A stretch of DNA of 64,000 nucleotides, from the NCBI GenBank assembly GCA_965213685.1, contig CBDBZY010000064.1, forward strand, positions 1,056,001 to 1,120,000, given 5' to 3'. Every line of letters begins with the position of its first letter. Position 1 is the first letter of the stretch. Below the pieces are notes generated by a model. The model saw only the letters and a list, made by a program, of their open reading frames with translations, ran no database searches and was not told the DNA's origin. The DNA is from a bacterium. GTDB lineage: Bacteria; UBA8248. Below, piece by piece: positions 1-17,871 of the stretch. Both the position numbers and the translations under genes were made by a program.

Positions 1-48
1 CTGTAGTAGTGTTTACACAGCTGCGATATTAACAAGCATGAAATATTT

Positions 49-352
49 TCCAAGGATGTAGGGATGGCAAGGCCACAAACCACAGAAACTAGGTATAAGG
101 ATGACAGTGCATGTTGGCAAACAGGTTTCAAATCACTACACAAGTAACCCCATCCCTTCATCTTTCTTTTACGCCTGAAATCATCATGCAAGTTATGCCA
201 TAAGATTACTCAGTAACTGGGAGCATCAATGTGCAGTATAGAAAATGATGTAGGGATGGGGTTACTTGTGTAGTATTTTATAACCTGTCTTGCCTATACA
301 CAGCCATCCCTGTCACCTAGTTTCTATGGTTTTGGCCCTGCCATTTCTACAT
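49..352. mobile_element. Diverged foldback/MITE with long inverted arms (same family as 46503-46866)
   Basis: Arm ~52-168 (GATGTAGGGATGGC...CCCCATCCCTTCATC) is the approximate reverse complement of ~241-352; homologous to the near-perfect copy at 46503-46866. Confidence 0.75.
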
Positions 353-1660
353 CTGTCTACGCTTTTGGAGAATGTTCTTTGGGTACTTTATTCTTGCACA
401 GAGTCCAACAATCAAATCAGTAATCAAAGCAGTCATTGATATTTTTCAGAGACAGAGATATGGGGAGTAGGGGGGCACTTGAGGACCACCACTCTTGAAG
501 TTGGGGGCTAAGCCCCTCAAAAACTTCCTGAGCTACCTCACTGTCTGAATGACTAATTCATACCAGTTACATTCACATTTGTTGTACAATAGCTACTACA
601 GTGAAGTAAGACACTGGTCAAACACACTCCTTTCAGACACAAATCAGCAACCATAACAGCCTTTGCTACATCTAGCAAGCAAGAAATTAATGGGCATGGC
701 TTCATGAGGTCAGCCTTCACGTACTTATAATTTGTGTCAAACTGTGTTTGTGCGCATGGGACTCTGTTCACAGCTAATGAGGTGGGAAATCTAGCCATTG
801 GATAGCTAGGAGTTCCATGAAAGTCTAGGGTTGTGTGGGGTTGTGTGGGTCAGTAATATGAGCTAAGCAGACATTTCTAACAGGCACAGTACCTACATGT
901 ACAGGGTCAAAACGTGCATGGCTTTGAAACCATGTGTATGCTTACCAACACCTCAACCATCAACAAGTCAATCATTCCTTAGGACAGTAAAACCTTGTCC
1001 TGGACTCCTCTAGCTAACAAGATCCAGGGACTCAGTGGTGTGACTGACTGGTAATCTGGGTTCTAATCCTGGCTGTATCCCACTTTTTTGAGATTGACAT
1101 AACTTGATGCCTAAGGTACACATCCACCTTTATGGCAATAAACATCTCCTATTTACTATGGTGAAGAATACTACTAATTCTGTGGTGAAGAATGTCACTA
1201 ATGGCAATGAATATCACTGCACAGCAAACATGTATGGGGCCTAGAATATCAACGTTGTAAAGAACATCAGAAATGGTCAACATTAGGCAAGCTTCATCTT
1301 AACAAGGTGTCTGTAGCATCTTTCCTTTTTGCATAGTGGATCTTCAATACTGGCAGGTTAGCAAGGAGAAGCTGTGTTCAATCATATCAATACACATTTT
1401 TGTCCTTGCTAGTGCTCATGCAGCTCAGTGGAATATCAATCCTACTGAAATGGTAAGAATTACTATGTATATACAGGTAGTTACCCCATGCCAGGTATGT
1501 TAACAACACAAATTCAAAAGAACTTACGTTCAAAATATTGGCTTAGCTGCTGAGAGTAAATGGCAATGAGAAGTGTTACAGACACCACCAGGAGTAGTAG
1601 GCAGTGTCTTAGCTTGAGTTTCATCTGAAAGGTTTGTTAGAAGTGTGTAGTGGATGTGAC

Positions 1661-1746
1661 TAGCCTCGTTCCCAGGCCTTTCCCGTTTTTGCTATTCGCG
1701 TGCACTAAACGCGCGCAAAAACGGGAAAGGCCAGGGAACGAGGCTA
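1661..1746. mobile_element. Non-autonomous Academ(H)-like MITE with 9-bp TSD
   Basis: TIR TAGCCTCGTTCCC(A/T)GGCCTTTCCCGTTTTTGC; flanked by perfect direct repeat GGATGTGAC (1652-1660, 1747-1755). Confidence 0.8.
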
Positions 1747-3351
1747 GGATGTGACTGCATAAGGTGGGAACTGCAGGCATGTGTAGCTACATAACACAAC
1801 AAGCTCCTTACTGTAGTGTCTTGTTCGGAAAATCTCCTCCGAGTTGTAGGAAGCAAGTGAGAAACAAGGAAACTGGTACACAATACCTGTGTCAGTGGGA
1901 AATTTATGCATGATTTAATATGTAAACACAACATGTACTTCCCTCTCGTATCAAATCATGCCCGTACAGCATCGACACATCACACGTTCATAGCAGGTTG
2001 CTTTCACTCTCATAGAAGAACTCGAATCTATCCAAATGTTCGCCACCTCCTACACGCACTATCTCTGCAGCTTTGCCAGTACAGTCTTGTGGTAATTTGG
2101 ATTAGTGGTCGACATGCAGAACATTCATGGCGCCATGGCCCAGCTCGTAACACTACTCCGCACTATAAGAGTACTGGTACTGGCAACTGAAGTAGTGTAA
2201 CTAGGCCTACCTGTTACAACCTCTCAACTTGGGCCACACGATGAGTGCATGTAGCACATGTACTTCACACACGCTTCCTTGGTATGAAACAAGTGCACAA
2301 ACGAAGGCGGAACTTGCAGGTTTGTGGGTGTGCCCTAAACAAAAAACATCGCCCAAGTGATATAAGTCCTGTGAATACAAGAGTATGTAATATCGGGATC
2401 ACATGCGCATATGCATCGCGCACGGGGATCAGTACAGTGTATATGTAGTGTAGTACTATTTCTGCTGGTTTGGAGTTCCTTTTTTGGCCAGCTCCGGTCG
2501 CTTTTTTTACATAGCTAGTTACACTCCAGGGCCGTCGGAAGTTTTCTAAAAGTGGAGCGGCCTCGTGCAAAACGGGCAACGCCATGCAAGTTTGGCACAT
2601 GCTGACCTTTAAATTTTGAACTGACACTCCCCATTGTACCTTAGTGCTATGGCGGTATCTTTGTTGTTTAAGAATTAGCTTTTATCCACCATAAATATCT
2701 TTCTGTGCTGTCAGAACTGTGTTCAGGAAAGTTGTGGTGAAGGTGTTTAGTAAACTTCTACTTCTATGCTTGAAGTTGCAGCCATGCAGGGAATGATCCT
2801 GGTACAAAGAAAGGATGCTCTCAATTGGTAGTCTAATTAGCTGTTGACATTTCTCTCAACTGTGAAGATACCCCCTGCAAAACAGAATTCTTGTTATGGG
2901 CATTTCTCTTACTTCTGGCTACCTTGCTCTGCAAACAAAGCACTACTTGTGCTTTAGCTTCAACAGTAATTTACAGAGTGTATACGTACACTGTAAAAAT
3001 TTCAATGTTAATTTAACCAAAGTTTATGGTTGTCTCAGTTGCACATTTGCTCTCTCAACCCTTGGCTCTGAACATATGTGAAGAGTATGTGAAGTGTGTA
3101 CACAAATATTTCTAAGTGACAGAGTAGTTGACAGTCCTTTAGTCCATTCAACAGTATAGCAGTGATCATGAATTATAGGCTTCTTACCCATCCCTTGTCA
3201 TCATCTCTTACACTGTAACAACATCCCTTACACTGCAGACACTCTGTGTATTGCATAGAGACATTTAGCCCTGAAAGTGAAGAAAGAACTCAGTGTGGGA
3301 GAAAGTAAACTCAGGAAGTAAATTCATTGTGGGAGAAGCACAAGTCAACTG

Positions 3352-3872
3352 AGATAAACACAGTATGGTTAAAATAACTAGCTATATCCCTTTTACTGTG
3401 TACGAATGTCTACAGCTGAAAATGACTCCCACAGCCTATTTGACTAAACACAGTATGGTTAAAATAACTAGCTATATCCCTTTTACTGTGTATGAATGTC
3501 TACAGCTGAAAATGACTCCCACAGCCTATTTGACTAAACACAGCACTGCAAAAATAGAATTGTTGTTTTAACAAAGACCTTTGTCATGTGCGTTGCACAT
3601 CTGTATCCCTCTCCATACTTCCCTGCCACTTACTACACAATCACAACCTTTCCTTATCATATGGCCACAGCACACCCCAAAACAGCTGTCATGATAAAAA
3701 TATGTAGTATATAGGAGTAGAATTTACATGGCCCTACAACTTATGTGACAAAGGTCTTTGTTAAAACAACAATGTCATTTTTGCTGTGAGTATGGTTAAA
3801 ATAACTAGCTATATCCCTTTTACTGTGTATGAATGTCTACAGCTGAAAATGACTCCCACAGCCTATTTGACT
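3352..3872. repeat. ~88-bp tandem repeat (3 copies) interrupted by a CAC(A/T)G-type MITE at ~3540-3788
   Basis: AGTATGGTTAAAATAACTAGCTATATCCC...CCTATTTGACTA at 3362, 3450 and 3790; insert has TIRs CACAGC(ACTGC)AAAAAT..TTGTTGTTTTAACAAAGACCTTTGTCA / TGACAAAGGTCTTTGTTAAAACAACAAT..TTTTTGCTGTG (EnSpm/CMC-like termini). Confidence 0.75.
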
Positions 3873-4060
3873 ACTGATTGAGATCTTTCCTTACATGTAC
3901 AGGTGATACAAAGACAGCTGCACTGATGGTCCATTAATCCAGTTGATTAATGGCCAGTGTTATGTAGTGTACTAAAATTAGTGATGATAGGGGATGAGGA
4001 ACATCTGCTACATGGACATATAAAGTGGTAAGTACAAGGATTGTCAGGATGAAAAGTGTT

Positions 4061-4290
4061 ATCAGAGAGTCGGTAGACTCTCTATGTAGGGATGGCACCG
4101 ACACGCCAATAGTGCACGTACATACGTAAGCGTTCTAAACTCGCGAACGCTCGCGTTCTAAGCCTTTCTGGGCACTTAGCTATCTTATTCCGACGTTTTT
4201 CTACTGAGCAATACCCCCTAAGTGGCTAAAACGCATCGCTAGACTTACTGCCAGAAAACGGCTAAACCTTAGATTTGTTCATCTTCTTCG
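4061..4290 (+). repeat. Dispersed repeat family (also 45678-45880 and partial at 4410-4450)
   Basis: ATCAGAGAGTCGGTAGACTCTCTATGTAGGGATGGCRCCGACAC... shared over ~200 bp with 45678-45880; begins with a short hairpin AGAGAGTC..GACTCTCT. Confidence 0.7.
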
Positions 4291-4896
4291 TCTTCTCCCG
4301 TCCATGCATCAGAATGAAGCTGTTATCACATTCCAGCTCTAGATGAAAATGTACAACGTTAGACACTGTCCATTATTAGCTGGATAGTACTGGATAGCTG
4401 GATAGGATAGACTCTCCATGTAGGGATGGCGCCGACACGCCCATGGTACATGTCTACATACTATACTGTCACCCGATTTAGGTCCGGCGGACCAAAATCC
4501 CCGCGGAACAATACCAGAGATTTTGGTCCACCCGGACCGAAATCGCCCGGACCAAAATTCCGGTGACAATACCGGTCCTCCAAGATGTCGCTGGCATAAA
4601 ACGGCCAAACCGTCCATATTTCATCTTCTTAATGTATGATTCTTCCATACGTCGTAAAAATGTTTAACACAATGGCTGAAGTTAACACTGCCATAACTGC
4701 ACCTTGTTCCTTTGCTTTCTGATATTGGCATATCTACACACCATAATATCATCTTATTCACAAATGATTTATAGACTATATAGTATAAGCATGCACATAC
4801 AGCACTTGACCACCCTCCGCTATATAGTGTTTTATACAGACAGACACTGGATGTCATGACAGTGTGGTGTATATTACAGAGTAAACTGAAGTGACA

Positions 4897-7316
4897 TCAA
4901 TACCCATGGTGATACCCATATGTATGCAGCAATTTATCTACACTGGATTCAGATGTGACATATTTCTTCTCAGACATCAGTTTTCGATGCATATTCATTT
5001 CCTCTGGATAAAGATGATAATAATATTCCAGTTCAAGAAAGAATGTTTCAAACAGCTTCCACTTTTGTTCGTAGGGCACAGGTTTATAATATATATCCAA
5101 AAAATCCCTTGTCTGATATCTTGGATGAGGTGAATGAGGGATATATGCCTGGGGAATGTCCAAATACTTGAGAACAGACTTGACGTCTTGGTCAAATAGT
5201 TTGAAGTTTGCATGAAAGTCATATCTAATAGCACATGGAAAGCAGATATCCAACGAGGGCCTGAAATGAGTGTTATAAGTTTGAATTGGGTATGTGGTCA
5301 TATATGTCAAGAACTGAGTGAAGTTTGGCACATTTGCTGGTCTTACACTGTTCCAGCCAAACCTGTGCATCCATGAGTTTAAACCAGTCACGTGAAACTT
5401 GTCATTACCAAAAATGGGCAGTATTTCATCGTGAATTGGAATCTTAATCTTGTTAATATACGCTGAGAGAAGGCGGACAAGAGGATTTCTCACAACAGTA
5501 AACCTGTAGTAGTTTTGTAACCGATATAAAGCCTCAGGAAGTGGAAGATCTGACAATCGGTGTGTCTGTTGTGCATGAAGATAGAGAAGTAATTTTAGTT
5601 CATGTGCAATTAATATTCTGTGAGCCTATGCACACAGTGCATTACCTCATGTGTCAGGATAGACTCAGCAGGTCTTTTACCTAGAGCTGACTCTGGAGGC
5701 AATGTCCCATTCACTATCAAGAAAAGTCTCTTTATGCTGCTACAGCCCATCTGAAGGAGGAAAGTGGTTTGTGAGATAGAACCAAGTGATAAAATAGGAG
5801 CACTGTTAGTGTATACGTACACGTAGTGTACCACTGCAGGAATACATTGTTAGACTACTTTACAAAATAATCAGCATTAAATAATTATTGATGAGTGGTA
5901 CAGAGTTTAAAGGCATATGGTTTGGCTCTGAAATGAGATGGGTACCAAACCAACTGATCTAATATGGTGGTTTGACAAGGCAAAATACATTGCTTTGGGG
6001 AATTTTGATTGGTTGCACTAGAGTGAAGTCTTGAGTAACCACAGACATTAGAAATACTGCATACAAAGTATAATTGTGAGAATGAACAGGTTAACACATG
6101 AAAAGTACGACAAGAAACATGAATAATTTGGTCCTATGAGGAAACAGCAAATAGACTTCAAAATCCATATTCAAAACTGATCAGGAAATAGTACAGTATT
6201 TGTGTGTAAATATCTGCAAATGCCAATGCACATCCTGAAGTCATGAACATGTACCTACGCGTACACACAAAAAATATTTAGGATGGAAAAAGTGTTGCAT
6301 TGTCTGCAAAACTTAACGATTCGTTAGATCACGGTGCCCAGGCAACACCTGTATTCACCATCGAATGTGTTCTTTTCTGCATGCACTTCTTTATGATCCC
6401 AAACCTCCTATCCAAGAGAGTGCTAGTAGGAAGTCGCAAAACGTACGTCACGTGACCAGCTATATGTCGCGAACACAGCACGTATAAGGCCATGTGCAAG
6501 TTCTCCCAACGTTTCCCACGCAGTACAGCATCATGGCACCGCACACTGTGCATGGTGGCTAAAGGCTGCTCCCTATCATGGTCTCTGCATGTCATCTTTA
6601 CCCCAGCCAACGGTCACACTGTCTCGCAGTTTACATGATAATAATAATATACATGCACACACGCAACTGAATAATTTACATTGCTTTCACGCGCGCAGTA
6701 AAATGTGAAGTGTTCTTTACCTTCGGTACATAGCAAAACACCATTCTCTTGCTGTCGTCGTACAGTAGATGCCAGAATAGCTCTTTCAGCTTCTCTTTGT
6801 CAGTGGGTAAAGTAGTGGGCATGTTGAAGAGCTCGCAGAAGCGCGTCACTCTCGTTTGCTGAAACTGAGAAACAAAACAGTGCATCAGAGATTTATGATC
6901 TGTGGCTAAAGTGGGTGCTGACTGCTTTTTGTCTGCAGTATACATTACAGTGGTAATGTGTGGACAGACAAGACACTGACCTTTCGTCTCTCCACAACAT
7001 TGGGATTAAGGCTCTCCCGCGCTACCTCAGGTATATCGTCAGCATCAAAATCCACTGTGGAACTTTCTTGCAGTACTTCCCTAACTGCTCTGTAATACTC
7101 CCAGTCCCAGTTAGTGCCAACTGAGGACAGGTCCTCTTTGAACCCTCTGGCTGAGAGTTCAGGGTAGTGAAGTGACATCCCAGTGATTCTGTTTAGTTTC
7201 GCATCCTCTAGCATACGATTGCGATGATGACGAATAAACAGCACAGTAGTCAGGATAAGCACAATACTAACAACAGATCCTAAGAGTAGCACCCTTGCAA
7301 AAAACTTGCGCAGCAT
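4897..7316 (-). CDS. Carbohydrate sulfotransferase (CHST8-14/HNK-1ST-like, Sulfotransfer_2), type II Golgi membrane protein
   Basis: Exons 7316-6981, 6864(or 6858)-6721, 5750-5646, 5565-4897, all GT-AG and in frame. N-terminal TM (VLLLGSVVSIVLILTTVLFI), 5'-PSB motif FCYVPK|MGCSSIKR, 3'-PB motif VRNPLVRLLSAY, and HFRP...CFPCAIRYDF motif. Confidence 0.88.
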
Positions 7317-8471
7317 GACAGCAAACTACTCCTAAATGATAACTAAGTTTGCCTTATAAGCTGATACAATTATCTGGTGGGCAATCAATACACTCACTAA
7401 CTCTAGCACAATATACATACATGCATATCTGCACAATTACCTTATGCAATAATTATGCAAATACTGATTTGAATGTGCACAAGCCATCATGTTATGTAGA
7501 CAAGCCTTCACCCACACACACCTACATAATCATCACCCTGAGAACCAATCTTCTTTGCATGGATACATTGGTACCACTCCAAGCACTTACAAACACTTCG
7601 ATTGTGCATGTTGGCTGGACACACTTCATAAGCTGATGACTTGTGCAAGTTAGTTCACACCATAGCCAACCACACAGCCAAATTTTGTATGCTGTACCTT
7701 CATAACTGTGTGGGTGGACCTACTGACCGCCTACACTAGTAACCATACATGTACAGCAGTCTATGGACACACCCATGTATGCACCCAACACTGGCTTGGC
7801 ATTGCATTGCTGCTGCACATGCAACAGGCCAAAGTGTAGTTGGCATGGTGAAGCAATTCATTGCTGATAGCCTATGTGTGTTGATCATGAACAGAAAATT
7901 GGTCTCATACTGTATACCATAATAGCTTACCCCAAAGGGAAAGCCCTGCTGAAATATATACATGACATTGTATTATCTTGTTCTAGACTTTGTCAACTTT
8001 AATCCAACACCCACACCGCATGTTGTACATTTGTGCTGGATTAATAGCACTCATAGTGCAGGCAAGAAGGTAAAAGAGCACTTGGCTGTGTCTCATGCTA
8101 TTTAACTTCTTCCTGCCAGCATTACTCGCACTATTAATTACTACAGCAGATCATCTATTATATAAAAATATGCTATCCTAGCAACAAGATAAGTCTAGGA
8201 GAGGCAACTAGTCAGTAGACCAGAACTACTGTCGCACAGCAGACACCAGTGACCAAGTGCATATCCAGTGACCAGACTTAATATATACAGTGGATGCAGG
8301 ACGTAACACAATTGTGACAATACAGTATCTTGTGTAGCACATTTTTCAAGAATATGTCCATAAAATACAAATGAAATGTTGGGACAAATTTAAGTCATTG
8401 CTTGGAAATTGGAAACATTCATTTTCCTGCATGTGTGTGTGCATGTGCATGTGTATAGTGTGTGTGTGCGC

Positions 8472-8511
<40 letters not shown>

Positions 8512-8727
8512 ATAATATTATGTATTATAAACATTAATACACAAATCTTTGCTTCAAGGTTATACAAGTCCAAACTCTTGCTGACATACATTTTTCTAAA
8601 TGTACCATATAATTACACCATCTTGCAATGCAGAAATATATGTAGGCATTCACAATCATTTGCATGTACAGTGTACATCGTCATGCATATAATTACACAT
8701 TGCATCATAACCCAATGTGTATAATAC

Positions 8728-13790
<5,063 letters not shown>

Positions 13791-13840
13791 GGTTTCTGCT
13801 CACTGTCTGATTCACGGATGATTGTTGGCTTCAGGATCTT

Positions 13841-13854
13841 GTTTCCATAGCGAC
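13841..13854 (-). promoter_or_regulatory. RFX X-box upstream of CFAP96
   Basis: GTCGCTATGGAAAC on the gene strand, ~50 bp upstream of the ATG; fits the RFX X-box consensus typical of ciliary gene promoters. Confidence 0.7.
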
Positions 13855-15542
13855 AGCGCTGCGGCACGGATTTTGGGTTTTACGGAAATCCGTATATTCG
13901 CGTATCGTGGACCACTATATGTTTTAACCCCTAGAGTACGATACTGGACTGGCTTGCGCTTCGCAGTCGCACTGGATGTGTGCGCTATTTTGTGAAGCAT
14001 TCATGATTGGGTGGGGCAAACGGGGAGAAATTCACTATCTATAATAATTGCATACCCTGTATTTGTTGGGGGTATGAACCCCGGCCACTGGTCCCGGGCT
14101 ACTGTACAAAAATCACATGATCAAGTCTCAGGTCTGAGAAACGTCTCAAATCCGACAGGACCGGCGACCCGAGTGGTTTCGGGTGACCTAAGTTTCCAAG
14201 GTTGACACGGGAGGAAACGTCTTGAAACCCACCCCGCGCGTTGACAATCTGAGGCAAATAGTACGATATGGTACTACGATGCGAATACTTGAATGCAGTT
14301 TAGTATGTGATTCCGATTCGTCTTGTTGAAGGTTAAAGAAATAATCCTACATGTTCAGAATTCAACTTCAGGTCATGACCTTCTGCAGGAAGTGAACTAG
14401 GTACAATATATCACCATGATAAAGACGGTGACACAGTGCAGAAGACATGACTAAAGAAAAGTGAGGCATGCAATTTTGGCTATGTAAACATACAAGACAT
14501 GAGAAACACAAGCAGAGAAAAACAACACAAGGAAACGTAGTCATCAGCCTGACTTGGAGCTGCTGTCAGCAATTCAGACAATGGGTTCAAATATTTGACA
14601 AGAAAAATTATCGTAACGGGTAGGTAGATTTTGTCTTCATCCCCACTAGTGTACAAGAGTGGTGTTGCAGGCCAACCAGCCCTAAAATTGTCCCCCTAGA
14701 CCCATAGTCCTAGGACCAGCTGTCCCCCCGGCAGACCTGTGGTCACATCCCCCTCCCCAGACACCTGGTCCTATGTCGTATGACCCTTAAAACCAGCTCC
14801 CTTCCAACCACTGTGCTGTCAGAGTTCCACAGACACTTTACTCTGCCTTGTGGAGTAGGCTATCCTCCCCCCCCCCCAGACACTTCACTCTGGAGCAAGT
14901 TGTCCCTGGACAAGTTACTAAAGCATCTCCAGACAAGTTACTCCAGAGTAATGCTCTGGCAGAGACAGCCTGGATTACTCATGACCCCACCATTAGGTGA
15001 ATTTCTAAAGTACACTATTTTACTCTGAGTGGTACAAGTTGTTGCGGTCCCCTCAGATTTATATCCTGAGTTGAGGGAATGACTGTAGATCACATATAGT
15101 AGCTATTTCAGAAGCTCTTGTCTCATTGTTCAATGTGAACGTGCGTCATTCAGAATGTCAGTCCCAGCCACCTAGCTACCTTTTCACATGCAGATAGCCT
15201 ACCTTGAATATTCAACCCAATGTCAGCCCCACCCACTACCTTCAGTTTATTTTCTGCCAGTCAGAAAGAAAGTGCTCTCCAGACACTAATGCAACAGCAA
15301 ATACAGTGGAGAAGAGGTCACACCTAGACAGCATCTGAACATGTGGGTATACACATGCACAAACTGTCGAATACTTGCACCTCTGCACACTTCATATTGC
15401 ATTCCTATGTCCATGTCCTACAACAGTACGTATGTTGAACAAATTCTCCAGGTCTACATCAAAACTGTGCACCCAAAGAGGGAAGGGTGGGCTGATGGGA
15501 ACATACAGTCATAGGGCCACAAATCCATGTGGGGGGGACCAG

Positions 15543-17249
15543 CCGGTGTCATTGGAAAATATGCCCCCCCCACAAAGGTATCTCTCCAGACAATATTTCC
15601 TAGGCAAAAATGTCCCCCAGACGCATTTTCTTAGGGAAAAGGTCCCCCTAGGGACACTTTTTCCTAGGAAATAATGTCCCCCCTTGAAGAAATGTCTCCC
15701 CAGGGACATTTTTTTCTAGGATATAGTGTCCGGACTATAAGTGTTCCCCACAGGCAGAAGCCTTCCAGGGGGACACTATATCCTGGGAAAAGTACCACAT
15801 TGAATTTGCTAGATAACATTCTCTTAGCTTGTAAGGCACAGTGAGGAAACAACAACTTGCAGAAATACAGAAACATATCATCCAACTTGCACACAGCGAA
15901 ATGTCACCAAGGTACAAACTACTGGCAACTATCCACTGCACACCATGACATAGAGTAGACTGGCAAACAGACACACAAACATGCAGATGGAACTACTCCT
16001 GGCACTTTGTACACTGGATCATGTCCCCAAATGCTGGGAGATGACAGTAACATTAGTATTGTTAATTTTGTCTTTCTTTTTTCCTCGTCAAAACTTCTTC
16101 ACAGAAAAATCTGACATTTTTCCAGCCATAATGCACTTAGCAAGGTCACGGGTGGCACATTTTTGCTTGATCAAAGCTGACTTGGATCAATGCTATTAAC
16201 CAGAGATTTGCAAAGCAAGTAATCCACAATCTGCATACCCATTCCACATTGTTACATCAATGTATTTAAGTGAAATGGAAGTAGATGTAGTTGCCAGAAA
16301 AGAAACTACTTGCTGGAAGAGGTTTGTAGTTGGAGATGGAGCAAGACTGTCATACACCTGTACCTCTGGATGGATACATCAAATTGTTATCCAGTGACAA
16401 ATTTAGCACCATTTGTTCGTTGACAAACATCACACTGGCAAACATGGTCTATGACATCCTGCTTCAATGCAGACCAGTAAAACTGTGAGGCAATCTGCCA
16501 CCTGCAGTTGCAATATTTAGAGACTCACACATCACACATTTTCTTCAGGCCTCCCTCTATCAGAAATTGGCATTTCAACTGTTTCTATCAGTGGTTAGTC
16601 TGACAAGCTGCCACAACATCTCTTAAACAGTATTTCATGGGCACACTCTGTGCAGACCTCTCGCAGTGTAGAGAAGGTGCTAGCTATTAGTCCATGGTGT
16701 GCGAGTTAGAACTCAACAATGCTGAGCTGCATAACAAAGGTTTAGCGTCACAAAACAATACATTTTGCAGAAACATAAAAGAAAGGTCCTTATCCTTATG
16801 AAAGAAGTGGTGCTAAGTTCCAGATAAGGATGCTCTCTTTATCTTGTTTCAGAAAGTCATTGTAGCTACATTACAGTACCTTCAACTGAAGAGTGACACT
16901 GAGCATCAAGAATCCTCTTCTTGTCATCTTCAGTCTTCACCCTTTGCAAGCTACCAGCTGCTGACCTCCTACCAGCATAATACAAGCGGACTCCAGTACA
17001 ACGTTCATTTCTAGGGAAGACTTTCGGATATCTGCCAAGACGGAGATAGTCCTAAACGTTGTTGTAGTCAGCCTCTGTAAAAAACAACTTCAGGGACCAA
17101 CGCGGTAAGCAGGTGCGCAAATGCACATACGCGTGAAAGGGGGGCAGTTTTTCCTAGCGGACACGGAAAATACGTCCGGGGGTACAATATTTCCTAGGAA
17201 ATGCTGTCAGGGAGGACACTTCCTGGGGGACAATATTTCCTGTGACCAG
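15543..17249 (-). mobile_element. Decayed DNA transposon with integrase Zn-finger remnant (Ginger-like)
   Basis: Degenerate TIRs (GGTGTCATTGGAAAATATGCCCCC / GGGGGACAATATTTCCTGTGACC) with subterminal TGTCCCCC/TTTCCTAGG repeats; minus strand ~16410-16500 reads IASQFYWSALKQDVIDHVCQCDVCQR (integrase HHCC region); many stops. Confidence 0.55.
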
Positions 17250-17518
17250 CTCCTAAATTATAAAACCGTAAGTCCGTGCGGTCAGCTGATCTTCAGCTGC
17301 TGCATCATACTCACAGAAGTATGATGCAGCTTACAACAGGACACTAAGCTGGATGCGTTGCAGGTTGAGCTTCTCACTTCTAAGGTCTGCTGTGATGTGC
17401 CTGAGGGGCTCTCGATCATCCAAAGGACGTCCGGCTCTTCCTGTACTCAGCGATTTTGAACTTGCTCTCAGCGAGGGACAGGTGTCTCCATGAACTTCAG
17501 TCTTTAGCCATTGTCATA

Positions 17519-17551
<33 letters not shown>

Positions 17552-17609
17552 TGTATATTTTGTTTACACCACCTTGGATTGCTTGTACATTGTGTTCTAT
17601 TTATTTTAT

Positions 17610-17637
17610 CTCACTTCCGGGAGTGAACGGAAGTGAG
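17610..17637. promoter_or_regulatory. Inverted pair of ETS-like (CGGAAGT) sites in CpG-rich region upstream of the oxidase
   Basis: CTCACTTCCG-GGAGTGAA-CGGAAGTGAG palindrome ~240 bp upstream of ATG 17872. Confidence 0.35.
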
Positions 17638-17871
17638 GTCAGTACGAATTGTGACTGCGCGCGCCTCAGGAGATCAAATTAACCGAGCGAAATGGCTTGG
17701 GGCCACTCTGTCCCTTTTCCGTGACTGAATCGAGTCATTGTTGCAGGGAGCAGAGAGTTGAGGTTTCGATAACGAAAGCATTTCCATCCACATTCTACGG
17801 ACCATCGTTGGAACCTGTGCACGAACGCCACATCCGGACCATCACGTCAAGTTCACCAGTGCTGGAGCGTG

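Noticed and set aside
14060-14240. CpG-rich segment with short hairpins and AGGTCTGAGA, reminiscent of RNase P RNA CR-I
   Set aside because: No matching CR-V/P4 partner found; more likely promoter or repeat sequence.
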